This document shows positions 27,394 through 40,169 of a DNA stretch of 64,000 nucleotides, one piece after another. A model generated the notes under the pieces. It saw nothing but the letters and a program-made list of their open reading frames with translations. It did no database searches and was not told where the DNA came from. The DNA is from Ranitomeya imitator (Eukaryota): the NCBI RefSeq assembly GCF_032444005.1, contig NC_091287.1, positions 483,600,001-483,664,000 of the forward strand, in the 5' to 3' direction. Within the stretch, counting starts at the first letter, position 1; every line of letters starts with the position of its first letter. The position numbers were made by a program, and so were the translations under genes.

Positions 27394-28667
27394 ATTATTA
27401 TTATTATTTATTGTTATAGCGCCATTTATTCCATGGCGCTTTACATGTGAGGAGGGGTATACATAATGAAAACAAGTACAATAATCTTAAACAATACAAG
27501 TCATAACTGGTACAGGAGGAATGAGGACCCTGCCCGCGAAGGCTCACAGTCTACAAGGGATGGGTGAGAATACAGTAGGTGAGGGTAGAGATGGTCATGC
27601 AGCGGTTTGGTCGATCGGTGGTAACTGCAGGTTGTAGGCTTGTCTGAAGAGGTGGGTCTTCAGGTTCTTTTTGAAGGTTTCGATGGTAGGTGAGAGTCTG
27701 ATGTGTTGTGGTAGAGGGTTCCAGAGTAGGGGTGATACGCGAGAGAAATCTTGTATACGATTGTGGGAAGAGGAGATAAGAGGGGAGTAGAGTAGGAGAT
27801 CTTGTGAGGATCGGAGGTTGCGTGCAGGAAAGTACCGGGAGACGAGGTCACAGATGTATGGAGGAGACAGGTTGTGGATGGCTTTGTATGTCATGGTTAG
27901 GGTTTTGTACTGGAGTCTCTGGGCAATGGGGAGCCAGTGAAGGGATTGACAGAGGGGAGAGGCCGGGGAATAGCGGGGGGACAGGTGGATTAGTCGGGCA
28001 GCAGAGTTTAGAATAGATTGGAGGGGTGCGAGAGTGTTAGAGGGGAGGCCACAGAGCAGGAGGTTGCAGTAGTCAAGGCGAGAGATGATGAGGGCATGGA
28101 CTAGGGTTTTTGCAGATTCGTGGTTGAGGAATGAACGGATTCGTGAAATATTTTTGAGTTGAAGTCGGCAGGAAGTGGAAAGGGCTTGGATATGTGGTTT
28201 GAAGGAGAGATCAGCGTCAAGGATTACCCCGAGGCAGCGAGCTTGTGGGACTGGGGAGAGTGGGCAGCCATTTACTGTAATGGATAGGTTCGTTGGGGGG
28301 GGTCGCGCGAGATGGGGGAAAGATGATGAATTCTGTTTTGTCCATGTTAAGTTTTAGAAATCTAGCGGAGAAGAAGGATGAAATAGTGGACAGACATTGA
28401 GGGATTCTGGTTAGTAGGGAGGTGATGTCTGGTCCAGAGATGTAGATCTGTGTGTCGTCAGCATAGAGGTGATACTGAAAGCCATGAGATTCTATGAGTT
28501 GTCCCAGGCCAAAGGTGTAAATGGAGAAGAGCAGGGGCCCTAGGACTGAACCTTGTGGGACTCCGACAGATAGTGGGCGAGGTGAGGAGGTGGTGTGTGA
28601 GTGGGAGACGCTGAATGTCCGGTCTGTTAGGTATGATGAGATCCAGGATAGGGCCAAGTCTGTGATG
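27394..28667 (-). mobile_element. 5'-truncated L2 LINE inserted in the DIRS left ITR
   Basis: [16 protein letters not shown]...YADD; (AAT)n tail at ~27394-27412; CAGTT duplicated at 27389-93 and 28668-72. Confidence 0.9.
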
Positions 28668-29399
28668 CAGTTGAGAGGGATCCGCCCATAGGAACAGGAA
28701 ACCTACAGAATAAAAGGATGCGGTCCCCCTCTCCTCAGTTTAGGTTTCCTGTTCCTATAGGAATCCACAATACCTGCAGTAAGAAGAGGATTCCTGGGCC
28801 AAAAGCATCCGCCTGTGTGGTCTCTGGGGGAACAGCAGGGGCTGCGGTGCCAGATGCAGCGATGGGGGAGCCCCTGCTTGCAGCCTCCTCCCTCCTCTGT
28901 CAGTCATCCATGGTCCGAGATGGGCCGCCCGGTTCCATGAGGATGCGCGCGCGCTGCTGCGGCCACCGGGTTTTTTCAAAACTTATAGTGGCAGCTGCGC
29001 GGTATGGAGAGCGGCGCGTCTGACCCGGAAGTAGCGGGAGCACTTTCGGGTTGGTCCGGAGAGGCAGGAGACACTGCGCCAAATTTAAAAATGGAGGCGC
29101 CTGACATTACCGGCTAATGAAGCTACAAGCAGCAGCACAGCACCCTCCTTGCAAAGAAGGAAACGCTAGAAGCGGCAAAGAAAAAAGCAGTGGTTGGCCT
29201 AAAGATCAGCGAGCCACAAGCAGACAGCAGGGTAGAAATGATGAACTACCTAAGACCTGGGTGTCTCCACCTCCAGAGCTGATACCTTTCAGCTTCATTG
29301 GGTGAGTGTTAAAAGATCCTCTTCCTATATGCTGATCTATTCCTCCTATGTCCCCTTCTTCTCTTAGACCAAGAAAAGGACACACAAGTCCAAACATAA

Positions 29400-30600
29400 A
29401 GAATGTGCTATGTGCACGCAGCTCCTCCTGGATTCATATACTAAAATGTTATGCCCTGACTGTATTAATCTAACTTTACGGGAAGAAAGTGTAATGACAC
29501 CTACGGATGTAAGAGCTATAATACAGGAAGAATTGCAGGCCTTAAGGCAGACCAGTGGTTCAAGCCTTCAGAATAGATCCCTTTCACCAGTGGCCAGTTC
29601 AGATTCAGATGATGCGCAGGAAAAATCCTCTTGACTCTCCAGGATCCCAATCAAGTTCATCTGAAAATGAGGGTTGTCTTTGCCTCCCTGATGGTAGCAT
29701 AGATAATTTAATAAAATCTGTCAGGAAGACAATGGGATGCGCTGATACAAAAGGATCTAAGTCTGCACAAGACATAATGTTTGCCGGGCTGGCCCAGAAA
29801 AAACGTAGAACCTTTTCGGTAATTCCAACTAATAAAGAGTTGATTAAAAAGGAATAGGATAAAGCAGAACCTTCGAGGCTTCTTACCATCATCCTCTAAG
29901 AGACGCTATCCTTTTAGTGACGATGAACCAAGTTCATGGTCTAAAATCCCTAAGGTGGATGCTGCAGTAGAATCTACATCAAAACAGTCTGTACTGCCAG
30001 TGGAAGATTCAGGGGTTTTACCGGACCCTCTAGATCGTAAGGCAGAAAGCATGTTAAAAAGATCATGGGAAGCCAACACGGAGGCATTCAAACCGGCCAT
30101 TTCTGGCACATGTACCGCCAGATCATTATTAGTTTGGGTGGATCAGTTGGAGGAGCAAATTAGAGGCAAAATCCAAAGAGAAAAGATTCTGCCGGCAATG
30201 CCTCTAATTAAGGAAGCTGTTGCATTCCTAGCGGATGCATCAGCAGACTCCCTACGTTTGGCAGCCAGATCAGCGGGCCTGGTGAACACAGCCCGGCGAG
30301 CACTCTGGTTAAAAAGCTGGAAGGGCGATGCACAAGCAAAAGCAAAACTTTGAGCAATCCCATGCCAGGGTGAGTTCCTTTTTGGGAAAACGTTGGATGA
30401 CCTCCTGGCCAAAGCGGGGGAAAGAAAGAAAGGATTCCCTAATCAATCTCTTCCTTCCTACAGGAGAGCCTTAAGGAGACGACCCTTTTTCAGGAATAAA
30501 ACATTTGAGACCCAAAAGGATTGTTGGGAATCAAGGGACAAAAAGGTGCATTGTTTAGCAGATCCTTTGCCGCAAGCCATAACAAGTACCGATAGTCTTC
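29400..30600 (+). pseudogene. DIRS gag-like ORF fragments
   Basis: CPDC motif; DPLDRKAESMLKR...ARRALWLKSW; multiple stops. Confidence 0.75.
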
Positions 30601-30744
30601 AAGTTGGTAGTAGACTAAACATTTTTTTCCAAAGATGGAAACTTATAACATCAAGCCTGTGGATTCTTGATATAATACAGTCCGGATTAAAATTAGAATT
30701 TGAACAAATCCCTCCGGTTTCATTTATAGTAACATCTCTTAGGA

Positions 30745-32026
30745 CAGAAATAAGCTAGGCTCAGGTAATCAAGAAGAACCAAGAATGACTAACTGAAAAA
30801 GCGGGTTCCTATATACAATTAAAATATAACCTTTATTCTTCAAATTTAAAAGAAGGTGCAAACATCTAGTGCTGACAAAAGTGCAAAGTGCATACGTACA
30901 ACATAGAGACACATATAAAAATATATATAAATGAGCATATAACCGCAAAGTAAGATATTGTCTGGTGTGAGGAAAACACACCAGTATATTCAACAGAAAC
31001 AGGCTAGAGACTATGAATCCGTATATCTCTAGATCTCACGGCTCTATACCACAACTGTAATCAAAAGGCGGGATAACGTTCCAGCAGGCTATGTCTATAA
31101 TCAGTTAACAGCCTCTGGATAGCTGCTGTTGCAGTATCAACGTATCCCTACCCAACGGTATATAGCTCTTCCTAATGCCCAAAAAACCACGGTGACCCTA
31201 TTGCCATATATGCGCCCTCCAATAACAACACGTTAGGGCAAAGTAACATATAGAGTCATATATGTAGTATAACCAATGATACTCATCTGGCTTCTGCTGA
31301 TCATATTTTGGCAGCCTAATGCAGTGATGAGTATCAGTCGCCCAGAGTACCGGTCATTTCACTTCCAACCGCGTTATTCCCTGTGGGCCCGTTTTCTTGT
31401 ATAGTGCTTCCCTATGCTATACAAGAAAACGGGCCCACAGGGAATAACGCGGTTGGAAGTGAAATGACCGGTACTCTGGGCGACTGATACTCATCACTGC
31501 ATTAGGCTGCCAAAATATGATCAGCAGAAGCCAGATGAGTATCATTGGTTATACTACGTATATGACTCTATATGTTACTTTGCCCTAACGTGTTGTTATT
31601 GGAGGGCGCATATATGACAATAGGGTCACCGTGGTTTTTTGGGCATTAGGAAGAGCTATATACCGTTGGGTAGGGATACGTTGATACTGCAACAGCAGCT
31701 ATCCAGAGGCTGTTAACTGATTATAGACATAGCCTGCTGGAACGTTATCCCGCCTTTTGATTACAGTTGTGGTATAGAGCCGTGAGATCTAGAGATATAC
31801 GGATTCATAGTCTCTAGCCTGTTTCTGTTGAATATACTGGTGTGTTTTCCTCACACCAGACAATATCTTACTTTGCGGTTATATGCTCCTTTATATATAT
31901 TTTTATAAGTGTCTCTATGTTGTACGTATGCACTTTGCACTTTTGTCAGCACTAGATGTTTGCACCTTCTTTTAAATTTGAAGAATAAAGGTTATATTTT
32001 AATTGTATATAGGAACCCGCTTTTCC
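30745..32026. repeat. Foldback insertion: 612-bp inverted arms (30793-31404 / 31417-32028), 12-nt loop, 17-bp TSD
   Basis: Arms are reverse complements with about 5 mismatches seen; AGTAACATCTCTTAGGA at 30728-44 and 32027-43; removal restores the DIRS frame IVTSLRSLEQQKAL. Confidence 0.93.
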
Positions 32027-34400
32027 AGTAACATCTCTTAGGAGTCTGGAACAACAAAAGGCTCTTGAATTAGAGATCCTGTCCTTACTATCAAAAAAAG
32101 TTCTGATAGAGGTTCCCAAAGATCAGGAAGGAAGGGGGTTTTATTCCCCTTTTATTTCTGATCACTAAACCTGATTGTTCATTCTGGACCATTATTAATC
32201 TCAAAAAATGTAATTCTTTTTTATATAACCGTACCTTTAAGATGGAATCCATTGGTTCTACTATCAAACTTTTATTTCCTAGATGTGTGATGGCGGGAAT
32301 AGACTTAAAAGATGCCTATTACCATCTCCCCATTCACACCAAGCATCAACAATACCTGAGAGTGGCAGTCAACCTGGCAGGACACATTCGTCATTTCCAA
32401 TATGCAGCAATGCCCTTTGGTCTTTCGATGGCTCCTCGGATATTCACGAAAGTAATGTTAGAGGTGATGGCTTACTTGCGCCAACAGGATACTCTAATTA
32501 TACCCTACCTAGATGATTTTTCTAGTAGTAGGAAGATCTATCTCTGTGTGAGAACCGCCTTTCTAATACAATTTCATCCCTGCAGGAGTTAGGATGGATC
32601 GTCAATTTTAAAAAATCCAGATTGGTTCCAGAAACCTTCCAATCCTTACTGGGACTACATCTAGACTCCGTAAGTTAGAGGTGTTTTCTTCCAGAGTCAA
32701 AAAAATTGACTATAATATCAAAAGTGACGTTAGCAAGGAAAAACCCTAAGATGTCACTAAGGGAAGCTATGTCTTTACTGGGGTCCCAAACCTCATGTAT
32801 TCCAGCGGTTCCATGGGCCCGGTATCATGTTAGAACCTTACAACATGAAATCCTGCATGTTCAAGAGATCTCGCAGGGTCATCTGGAAAGGAAACTAACT
32901 CTTTCCCAAAGTGTAATAGAATCGCTGACCTGGTGGTTGGATATAGACCTCCTTTCCAGGGGAGTACCCTGGATAATAGAGCCTTCCAAAATAATCACCA
33001 CTGACGCTAGTCCCTCGGGATGAGGTGCCCACATTGGAGATGATTTAGGGTACCGTCACACTATACGATTTACCTACGATCACGACCAGCGATACGACCT
33101 GGCCGTGATCGTAGGTAAATCGTAGTGTGGTCGCTGGGGAGCTGTCACACAGACAGCTCTCCAGCGACCAACGATGCCGAGGTCCCCGGGTAACCAGGGT
33201 AAACATCGGGTTACTAAGCGCAGGACCGCGCTTAGTAACCCGATGTTTACCCTGGTTACAAGCGTAAAACTAAAAAAAAACAAACGGCTCATACTTACAT
33301 TCTGGTGTCCGTCAGGTCCCTTGCCGTCTGCTTCCCGCACTCACTGACTGCCGGCCGTAAAGTGAAAGCACAGCCGCTGTGCTCTTTCACTTTACGGCCG
33401 GCAGTCACAGTGCGGGAAGCAGACGGCAAGGGACCTGACGGACACCAGAATGTAAGTATGTGCTGTTTGTTTTTTTTCAGTTTTACGCTTGTAACCAGGG
33501 TAAACATCGGGTTACTAAGTGCGGCCCTGCGCTTAGTAACCCGATGTTTACCCTGGTTACAAGCGAACGCATTGCTGGATCGCATCGCCACACACACCGA
33601 TCTAGCGATGACAGCGGGAGATCCAGCGATGAAACAAAGTTCCAAACGATCTGCTACGACGTACGATTCTCAGCAGGATCCCTGATTGCTGCTGCGTGTC
33701 AGACACAGCGATATCGTAACGATATCGCTGGAACGTCACGAATCGTACCGTCGTAGCGATCGAAATGGCAGTGTGTGACGGTACCCTTAGTACAGGATGT
33801 CTGGAATCCTGCAGAGTCACTCTATTCTTCAAATTGGAAAGAGTTAAAAGCGGTTGATCATGCTTTGAATTATTTTCTTCCACAGATTCAGGGAACACAT
33901 GTAAGAATCTTGTCGGACAATTCCACCACAGTGGCATATGTGAATAGTCAAGGGGGAGCACTGTTAGAAAATCTAATGTCCATAGCAGCAGATATCTTTC
34001 TTCTAGCAGAAACCCATCTTTCATCCCTAACAGCTCTTCATATCAAAGGGGTAGAGAACACAAAAGCAGACTTTCTCAGTCGAAACATGCTACGCCAGGG
34101 AGAGTGGACTCTCAACAATTTTATATTTTCAGAAAAATAGTAAAATTATGGGGTACTCCACAAATAGACCTGTTCGTCACCAGAGAGAACAGACAGGTTC
34201 AAATGTTCACCTCCCTGAACAAAATAGACCATCCGGACATGCTTGACTCACTTCAGTATCCCTGGAATTTCGATCTAGCTTATGCTTTTCCTCCGATGAC
34301 GCTGATTCCACTGGTGCTCAGGAAAATCAGGAGGGAAAAAGCAAGGGTGATCCTTATCGCACCCTTCTGGCCGAAGAGACCGTGGTTCTCTTGTCTCTGA
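32027..34400 (+). pseudogene. DIRS RT / RNase H / methyltransferase-like fragments
   Basis: IDLKDAYYH, PFGLSMAPRIFTK, YLDD; TTDAS, ELKAV, SDNSTTVAY, ADFLSR; IDLF...YAFPP...IAPFWPKRPWF. Confidence 0.88.
33048..33786. mobile_element. Harbinger-type MITE in DIRS RNase H
   Basis: TIR GGGTACCGTCACAC, TTA TSD on both sides; removal restores GDDLVQDVW. Confidence 0.9.
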
Positions 34401-34413
34401 GCCATGTCGATGT

Positions 34414-35906
34414 GTGACCCTTGGATTAACATCAGATCCGAAGCTGCTATCTCAAGGGCTGTTCTTCCATCCTCAAGTGAAAGGGCTACACTTAACGGCG
34501 TGGAAGTTGAGGCAGCTATTGACTTCAAGGGGCTTTTCTGACAACCTTATTAACACTCTACTATTAAGTAGGAAAAAATCTACTACAATAATATATAGTA
34601 GTGTGGAAAAAATTCTTAAATTTTCATACGGAACCTTTCACTAGACATGCTCCGATCTTTGCCATCCTAGAATTTCTACAGAAAGGTCGAGAACTAGGAT
34701 TGTCTGTAAACACCTTAAAAGTACAGGTCTCCGCCTTAGGGGCTGTGTGGGTGCAATATAGCGGGAGATAGATGGGTCACGAGATTCATCAGGGCATGTG
34801 AGCGAAGTAATCCGATCCACATTCCACAGTTACCACCTTTGGGATTTAAACCTAGTCCTCGATGCTTTAACTAATTTCCCATTTGAACCGCTAGATTCTG
34901 TTCCCTTGAATATCTTGACATATAAGGTAGCTCCGTTAGCGTTAACATCAGCCAGAAGGGTCAGTGACATCCAGGCTCTCTCCATAGACCCACCCTTCCT
35001 GTTAGTATTCCAAGATCGGGTAATCCTTTAAACCAGACCCCTCATACCTCCCAAAAGTGGCGTCTAACTATCATAGGTCTCAGGAAATATTTCTCCCTTC
35101 CTTCTTTGATACTCCAATAACTACAGAGGAACAAAGGTTCCATACCTTAGATGTTAAGGCCTCTTTCACATTTCCGTCGGTACAATTGTGCACAACGTGG
35201 GCAGCGGATGCAGTTTTCAGACGCATCCGCTGCCCATTGTGAGTTCCGGGGAGGAGGGGGCGGAGTTCCGGCCACGCATGCGCGGTCAGAAATGGCGGTT
35301 TCGACGGACAAAAAACGTTACATTGAACGTTTTTTCGTAACGACGGGACACCAAATACCGAAACATCCAGTGCACGACGTATGGAACGTGTCCATACGTC
35401 GCGATGTGTCGGTAATACAAGTCTATGTGAAAAAAAACAAACGCATCCTGCGGGCAACTTTGCAGGATGCGTTTTTTTTCACAGAACGACGCATTGCGAC
35501 ATTCACATTCCGACGGAAGTGTGAAAGAGGCCTAAAAGAGCCATCTTGACCTATATAGAAAGATCTCAGGCTTGGAGGCAGAGTAGAGCTCTGTTTGTGT
35601 CCTTTTAGGGCCACAGGAATGGACATGGAGTTACAAAAGCCACCTTATCCCGGTGGATCAGAGAGGCTCTGCTTGGCTTATTCGTCAAAAGGTGAAAATC
35701 CTCTGGAAGGCATAAAAGCACATACTGCGCGAGCCATGGCATCCTTCTGGGCGGAGAAAGCAGACGTGCGAATTGATTTAATTTGTAAGGCCGCAACATG
35801 GTCAACAACTTCCACCTTTTACAACCATTATAGACTCGATCTATCTACATCTTCTGACCTGGCTTTTGGTAGAGCTGTCCTTGGCACAGTAATCCCACCA
35901 AGATGA
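34414..35906 (+). pseudogene. DIRS tyrosine recombinase fragments
   Basis: LTSARRVSDI, TLDVKRAILTY (after MITE removal), AHTARAMA, KAATWS..TFYNHYRLD. Confidence 0.85.
35158..35532. mobile_element. Harbinger-type MITE in DIRS YR
   Basis: TIR GGCCTCTTTCAC, TAA TSD on both sides. Confidence 0.9.
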
Positions 35907-37043
35907 TGGTTCTCTGAAAGTCTCTCATGTGGGTGCTGTCATGGCGAAGGGTAAAAAGCCGGATTACTTACCAGTAATGCTCTTTTAATGAGTCCATGAC
36001 AGCACCCATTCACTACCCTCCCTAATTATACACAATTTCCTCCTTTTTAAGCTCACAAATAATGGTTGTATAGAGTGTTTAAGACCTTTATATTGCTGAT
36101 ATGAATTAATACTAAAACCTTGCGGTTCCTCTCGTACTCTGAAAACTAAACCGAGGAGGAGAGGGGGACCGCCTCCTTTTATTCTGTAGGTTTCCTGTTC
36201 CTATGGGCGTATCCCTCTCATGTGGGTGCTGTCGTGGACTCATTAAAAGTGCATTACCGGTAAGTAATCCGGCTTTTTGAAAATTTTCAAAAAATGTTTG
36301 CAATAGAGTTGCGTAAATATTTGGCGACTTTTGGCATTTTCTCTCTTCCTTTTGCTTCTTTGGCAAAATGAACATTGTGGTGCGCCTTGTGTTGGAAATG
36401 TAACTCCAGTCTCTGAGTGGGGTAAGACTGGTAGTGAGGCGGAGACCACTTGTCAGATGCTCCCAATTCATAAAATGTGTGCAACCTTTAATAATCAGGA
36501 GAGTCTTGACTGCGGCACATCATCCCATCAAGATCAGTGTGAAGTTCACCAGTCTGGATGAATCGAGACGTGGACCCATTTCCTTCTCGATGGAGTTAGG
36601 AGCATTTAACGTAATGTGGACGCGTCCTAACTAAAGAATCCTTCCATATACTGATGACTGAATCGTGTTCCTCCACACACATAATGACTGACCCCTGGTC
36701 CATTGTAAGGTGCTTGGAAGGAATAAATCATGTGTCAGTTCTTTGAAAAACAAAATTCCATATAGGTATAAATATGTGCGCTCAATACAAACTGAACAAG
36801 CCCTACATTTACAATGTTCTCACTGTACCAGAAACCTTCCATTCCCTTTAATAATCTTGTTGCCCAACTTTAAACCCCGTTTAGCTCTTTGATCTCCTCT
36901 TCACAGTGCGGTGTATAGCAGTGGTAACTTACACACATCCCGTCTAGTGTAGATCTGGACCAGTTTAGCTATAAAATATTAAGATTCATAATGAACATAT
37001 TAGTCTACTATAACGATGGAAATTATTTGTCTCCTTATTGAAG

Positions 37044-37150
37044 CTCCGGGCTGTGTCGCACATACTGCAGACCCCTATAGAGGTCGTCCAGGCAGACGTC
37101 TCGCCCATTATCATTGGGGAAGAGTATACGAACAATCGAATAACTGTGGT
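37044..37150 (+). CDS. OTUD6B: OTUD6B exon 6
   Basis: gaag| [35 protein letters not shown] |gtaagt, phase 0-2. Confidence 0.93.
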
Positions 37151-37893
37151 GTAAGTATCTTAATACCATTGTGACCAGCTATGGTTCAACTAAATGTAGT
37201 CATAGGAAAAGTCTACCTGCCATACATGTAAAGCAGGCACATGTGTAGCGTTTGCTGAGGCGCTCACTACTATCTAACAATTGTTAAACTGCTGCTGTGA
37301 TTGTCACATCAGCCTGCTGAAGCCCCCTTCATTCCCACCTTAGCCGTCCTATGAAGCCTAACTGAATGGGAGATTATTAAAATACAACATATACTGCAAA
37401 ACTAAACAATTGGGGTGTATATTATACAACATATACTGCATTTCAAATTAGACTTATCCCAAAATAAACATATCTGATATTGCTGCATCTGTAAAGAGCA
37501 AATTCATCCATATAAAAAATATTAATTTGGGACCGATAAACTGTGGCTTGGCTTGGAAAAAAAAAAAAAAGACACTGTTGTTTTTTTTGCATCTATCCAT
37601 CTCACAAAAAATGGCATCACAGATACATTATTTGTAGATTTTATATTGTTCTGTTTTTGTTTTACTGAAATAAATAAAATTAAAAAATTAAAATCACATG
37701 GTGCGTGACAGAAAAAATGAAAACTTTGTGTCACTATGGAAGATGAGGAAAAAATAAATGGAAAATTGTCCAGTCACTAAAACTGGTTAATTAGTCCGTG
37801 AGGATTTACCATTCAATGGTGTTAATGGATTTCTTGAGTAGCAACCAGCATGGACAAAATAATGAAACCTCATCTTTTTTTTTTTCTTTTCAG

Positions 37894-37969
37894 ATATATG
37901 CGCCACGCTTATGGACTGGGAGAGCATTATAACTCTGTCGAAGCGCTGAGTGTGACGCCTGCGGACTAG
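37894..37969 (+). CDS. OTUD6B: OTUD6B exon 7 (catalytic His box, stop)
   Basis: ttttcag| VYMRHAYGLGEHYNSVEALSVTPAD*; summed CDS 882 nt = 293 aa; AATAAA at 38464-69. Confidence 0.94.
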
Positions 37970-38185
37970 CTCTCTGTGACGCCTGCGGACTAGCTCTCTG
38001 TGACTCCTGCGGACTAGCCCTCTGTGACTCCTGCGGACTAGCTCTCTGTGACTCCTGCGGACTAGCCCTCTGTGACGCCTGCGGACTAGCTCTCTGTGAC
38101 TCCTGCGGACTAGCCCTCTGTGACGCCTGCGGACTAGCTCTCTGTGACTCCTGCGGACTAGCCCTCTGTGGCGCCTGCGGACTAG
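37946..38185 (+). repeat. 24-bp minisatellite x10 overlapping the OTUD6B stop codon
   Basis: Unit (C/T)CTCTGTGAC(G/T)CCTGCGGACTAG-type; the first unit supplies the last codons and TAG. Confidence 0.96.
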
Positions 38186-39074
38186 CCCTCTGACGCGTCT
38201 CTTGCTGTTAATCATAATGATGGATTGTTTCATGTTCACAAACCGGTGTCTCTGAATACAGAAGAGGCCCCAGATCTGTGGTGTGAGCAGACCAGCACCT
38301 CTGCATTTTTAATCATGCCATGTATAGGCCAATGCTACTAAATTTGGGTGAATGATCTAATCAGACTGATGTAAAGAGCCCAGCGCACCTTCAAGATGAA
38401 CGCAAGCCGATTCCTCAGTCCATCATTTTAATGTGTTTATGAAGAATGTTGATCGTATTAAAGAATAAATTATTTTTTTCTGCTAAGTATGTGTCAGCCT
38501 CCTATTGTATGTGCTCCACAGGCAGTATGAATCGGCGACCGGCTGTTACTGCACACACGTGTTTCCATCTGAAAGGCCAGGAACAAGGTGACAGACTGTG
38601 CATATAGTCACAGACCATTATTCTGCTGATTCCTCTGTACACATTAGACTGTTGGCCAAAGTGGTTGATATCAGTCGGTTTGACCCAACAATCTAATGTA
38701 TATAGGGGCTTTATAAAGTGATCCCACACATTATTTGCCCTTTATATAGTAATTGCACCACAATATCATCCTCCTACACTGCAACTCTCATAGTGCGAGA
38801 GCCACGTTGCTGTTTGGTATCAGGGATCGTTGCACTATCCTTTGCCCAAACTGCATCATGGGTCTCATACTTTGAGGGTGCAGAGTATGTTAGGAAAGTG
38901 TAGATCTCCACAGAGATCCAAGCTCCAGAGAATGGTAGCTCTGTAGAAACTGGGTAAGAATACAAGGATAGGAGAACAGAAATGACACTTTTGTAGGTGT
39001 TTACTATAGGCCACTTGGACAGACTGAAGATATTGATGAACTCTTTTTACATCAGATGTCTTTGTTCTCAAAAA

Positions 39075-39740
39075 GCACGACAGTGATCATGGGAGATTTT
39101 AACTATCCAGAGATTTGTTGGGAATCTCAAGCAAAAGTAATGGGTCCAGAAAATTCTTACCTTCTCTTGCTGACAACTTTATCTTTATAAAGATAGAAGA
39201 AGAGCATTTTGAGGTGACTTTGCTAAATGAAATTCTCACTACACAATACTAATAGATCTCAGACTGTACATGAGTCAACAGTGTGATGTCGCAGCAAAAA
39301 ATGCAAATGCAATGCTAGGATGTATTAAGAGAAGCATGGAGTCTAAATCGCGTGAAGTAATTATTCCCCTCTACTCCTCATTGGTCAGGCCTGATCTGGA
39401 ATACTGTGTCCAGTTCTGGGCTCCACATTTTAAAAAAGACATTGAAAAACTGGAGCAAGTTCAGAGAAGAACTACCAGGATAGTGAGCGGACTGTAAACA
39501 ATGTCCTACAAGGAATGGTTAAAGGATCTGGGAATGTTAAACTTGCAAAAAAGACTCAGAGGATACTTAATATCTGTCTACAAATATCTGAAGGGAAGTC
39601 GTAGTGTAGAGGGATCATCATTATTCTCATTTGCACATGGAACCACAAAAAGCAATGAAATGCAACTGAACAGAAGATACAGATTAAATATTAGAAAAAA
39701 ACTTTGAGCAATGAGTGGAACAGGCTGCTGAGAGGTGTAG
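39075..39740 (+). mobile_element. Internally deleted CR1 relic
   Basis: VIMGDFNYPEICWES (endonuclease) then [20 protein letters not shown]...EQVQRR (RT C-terminus). Confidence 0.8.
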
Positions 39741-40169
39741 AGCAATGATGAGCGACTGTGCTCGGATAACGTCTTATCCGAGCATGCTGGAGGTTATCCA
39801 AGCATCAGGGTGTGCTGATATATTATGTTCGCATGATTTGCTGCGGTAAGGCTGGTTTCACACTAGCGTTTTTGAACGCATGCGTTTTTTTTAAAAAACG
39901 CATGGTACAAAAACGCATGTAAACGCTGCGTTTTTTTACGCACGCGTTAAACGCGTGCGTCAAAAAAATGCAGCGTTTACACGCGTTTACATGCGTTTTT
40001 GCATGCGTTTGCGTTTTTTGTGCATTTTTGGGAAAAAAAAAAAAAAAGGTTACAATAACCAACCAATGAGAATAGAGTGGGCTAGAGAGGGCGTACATGA
40101 TTGGGACTCAATATATAGACCCTAGGGGTACATAAAGTTTCAGAGCTTGCTACTGTTTCCGGTGTCACG

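Larger units (their letters stand above)
27368..36278 (+). mobile_element. Full-length, decayed DIRS1-type tyrosine-recombinase retrotransposon in OTUD6B intron 5
   Basis: Left ITR 27368-27393 + 28673-28740, right ITR + extension ~36149-36278, ICR 35922-36008; gag, RT, RNase H, methyltransferase-like and YR fragments in order; T-run target; ~5.2 kb after removing insertions. Confidence 0.9.

Noticed and set aside
37787-38239. Protamine-like Arg-rich ORF (RRRHRGLV)n
   Set aside because: Antisense reading of the 24-bp OTUD6B stop-codon repeat
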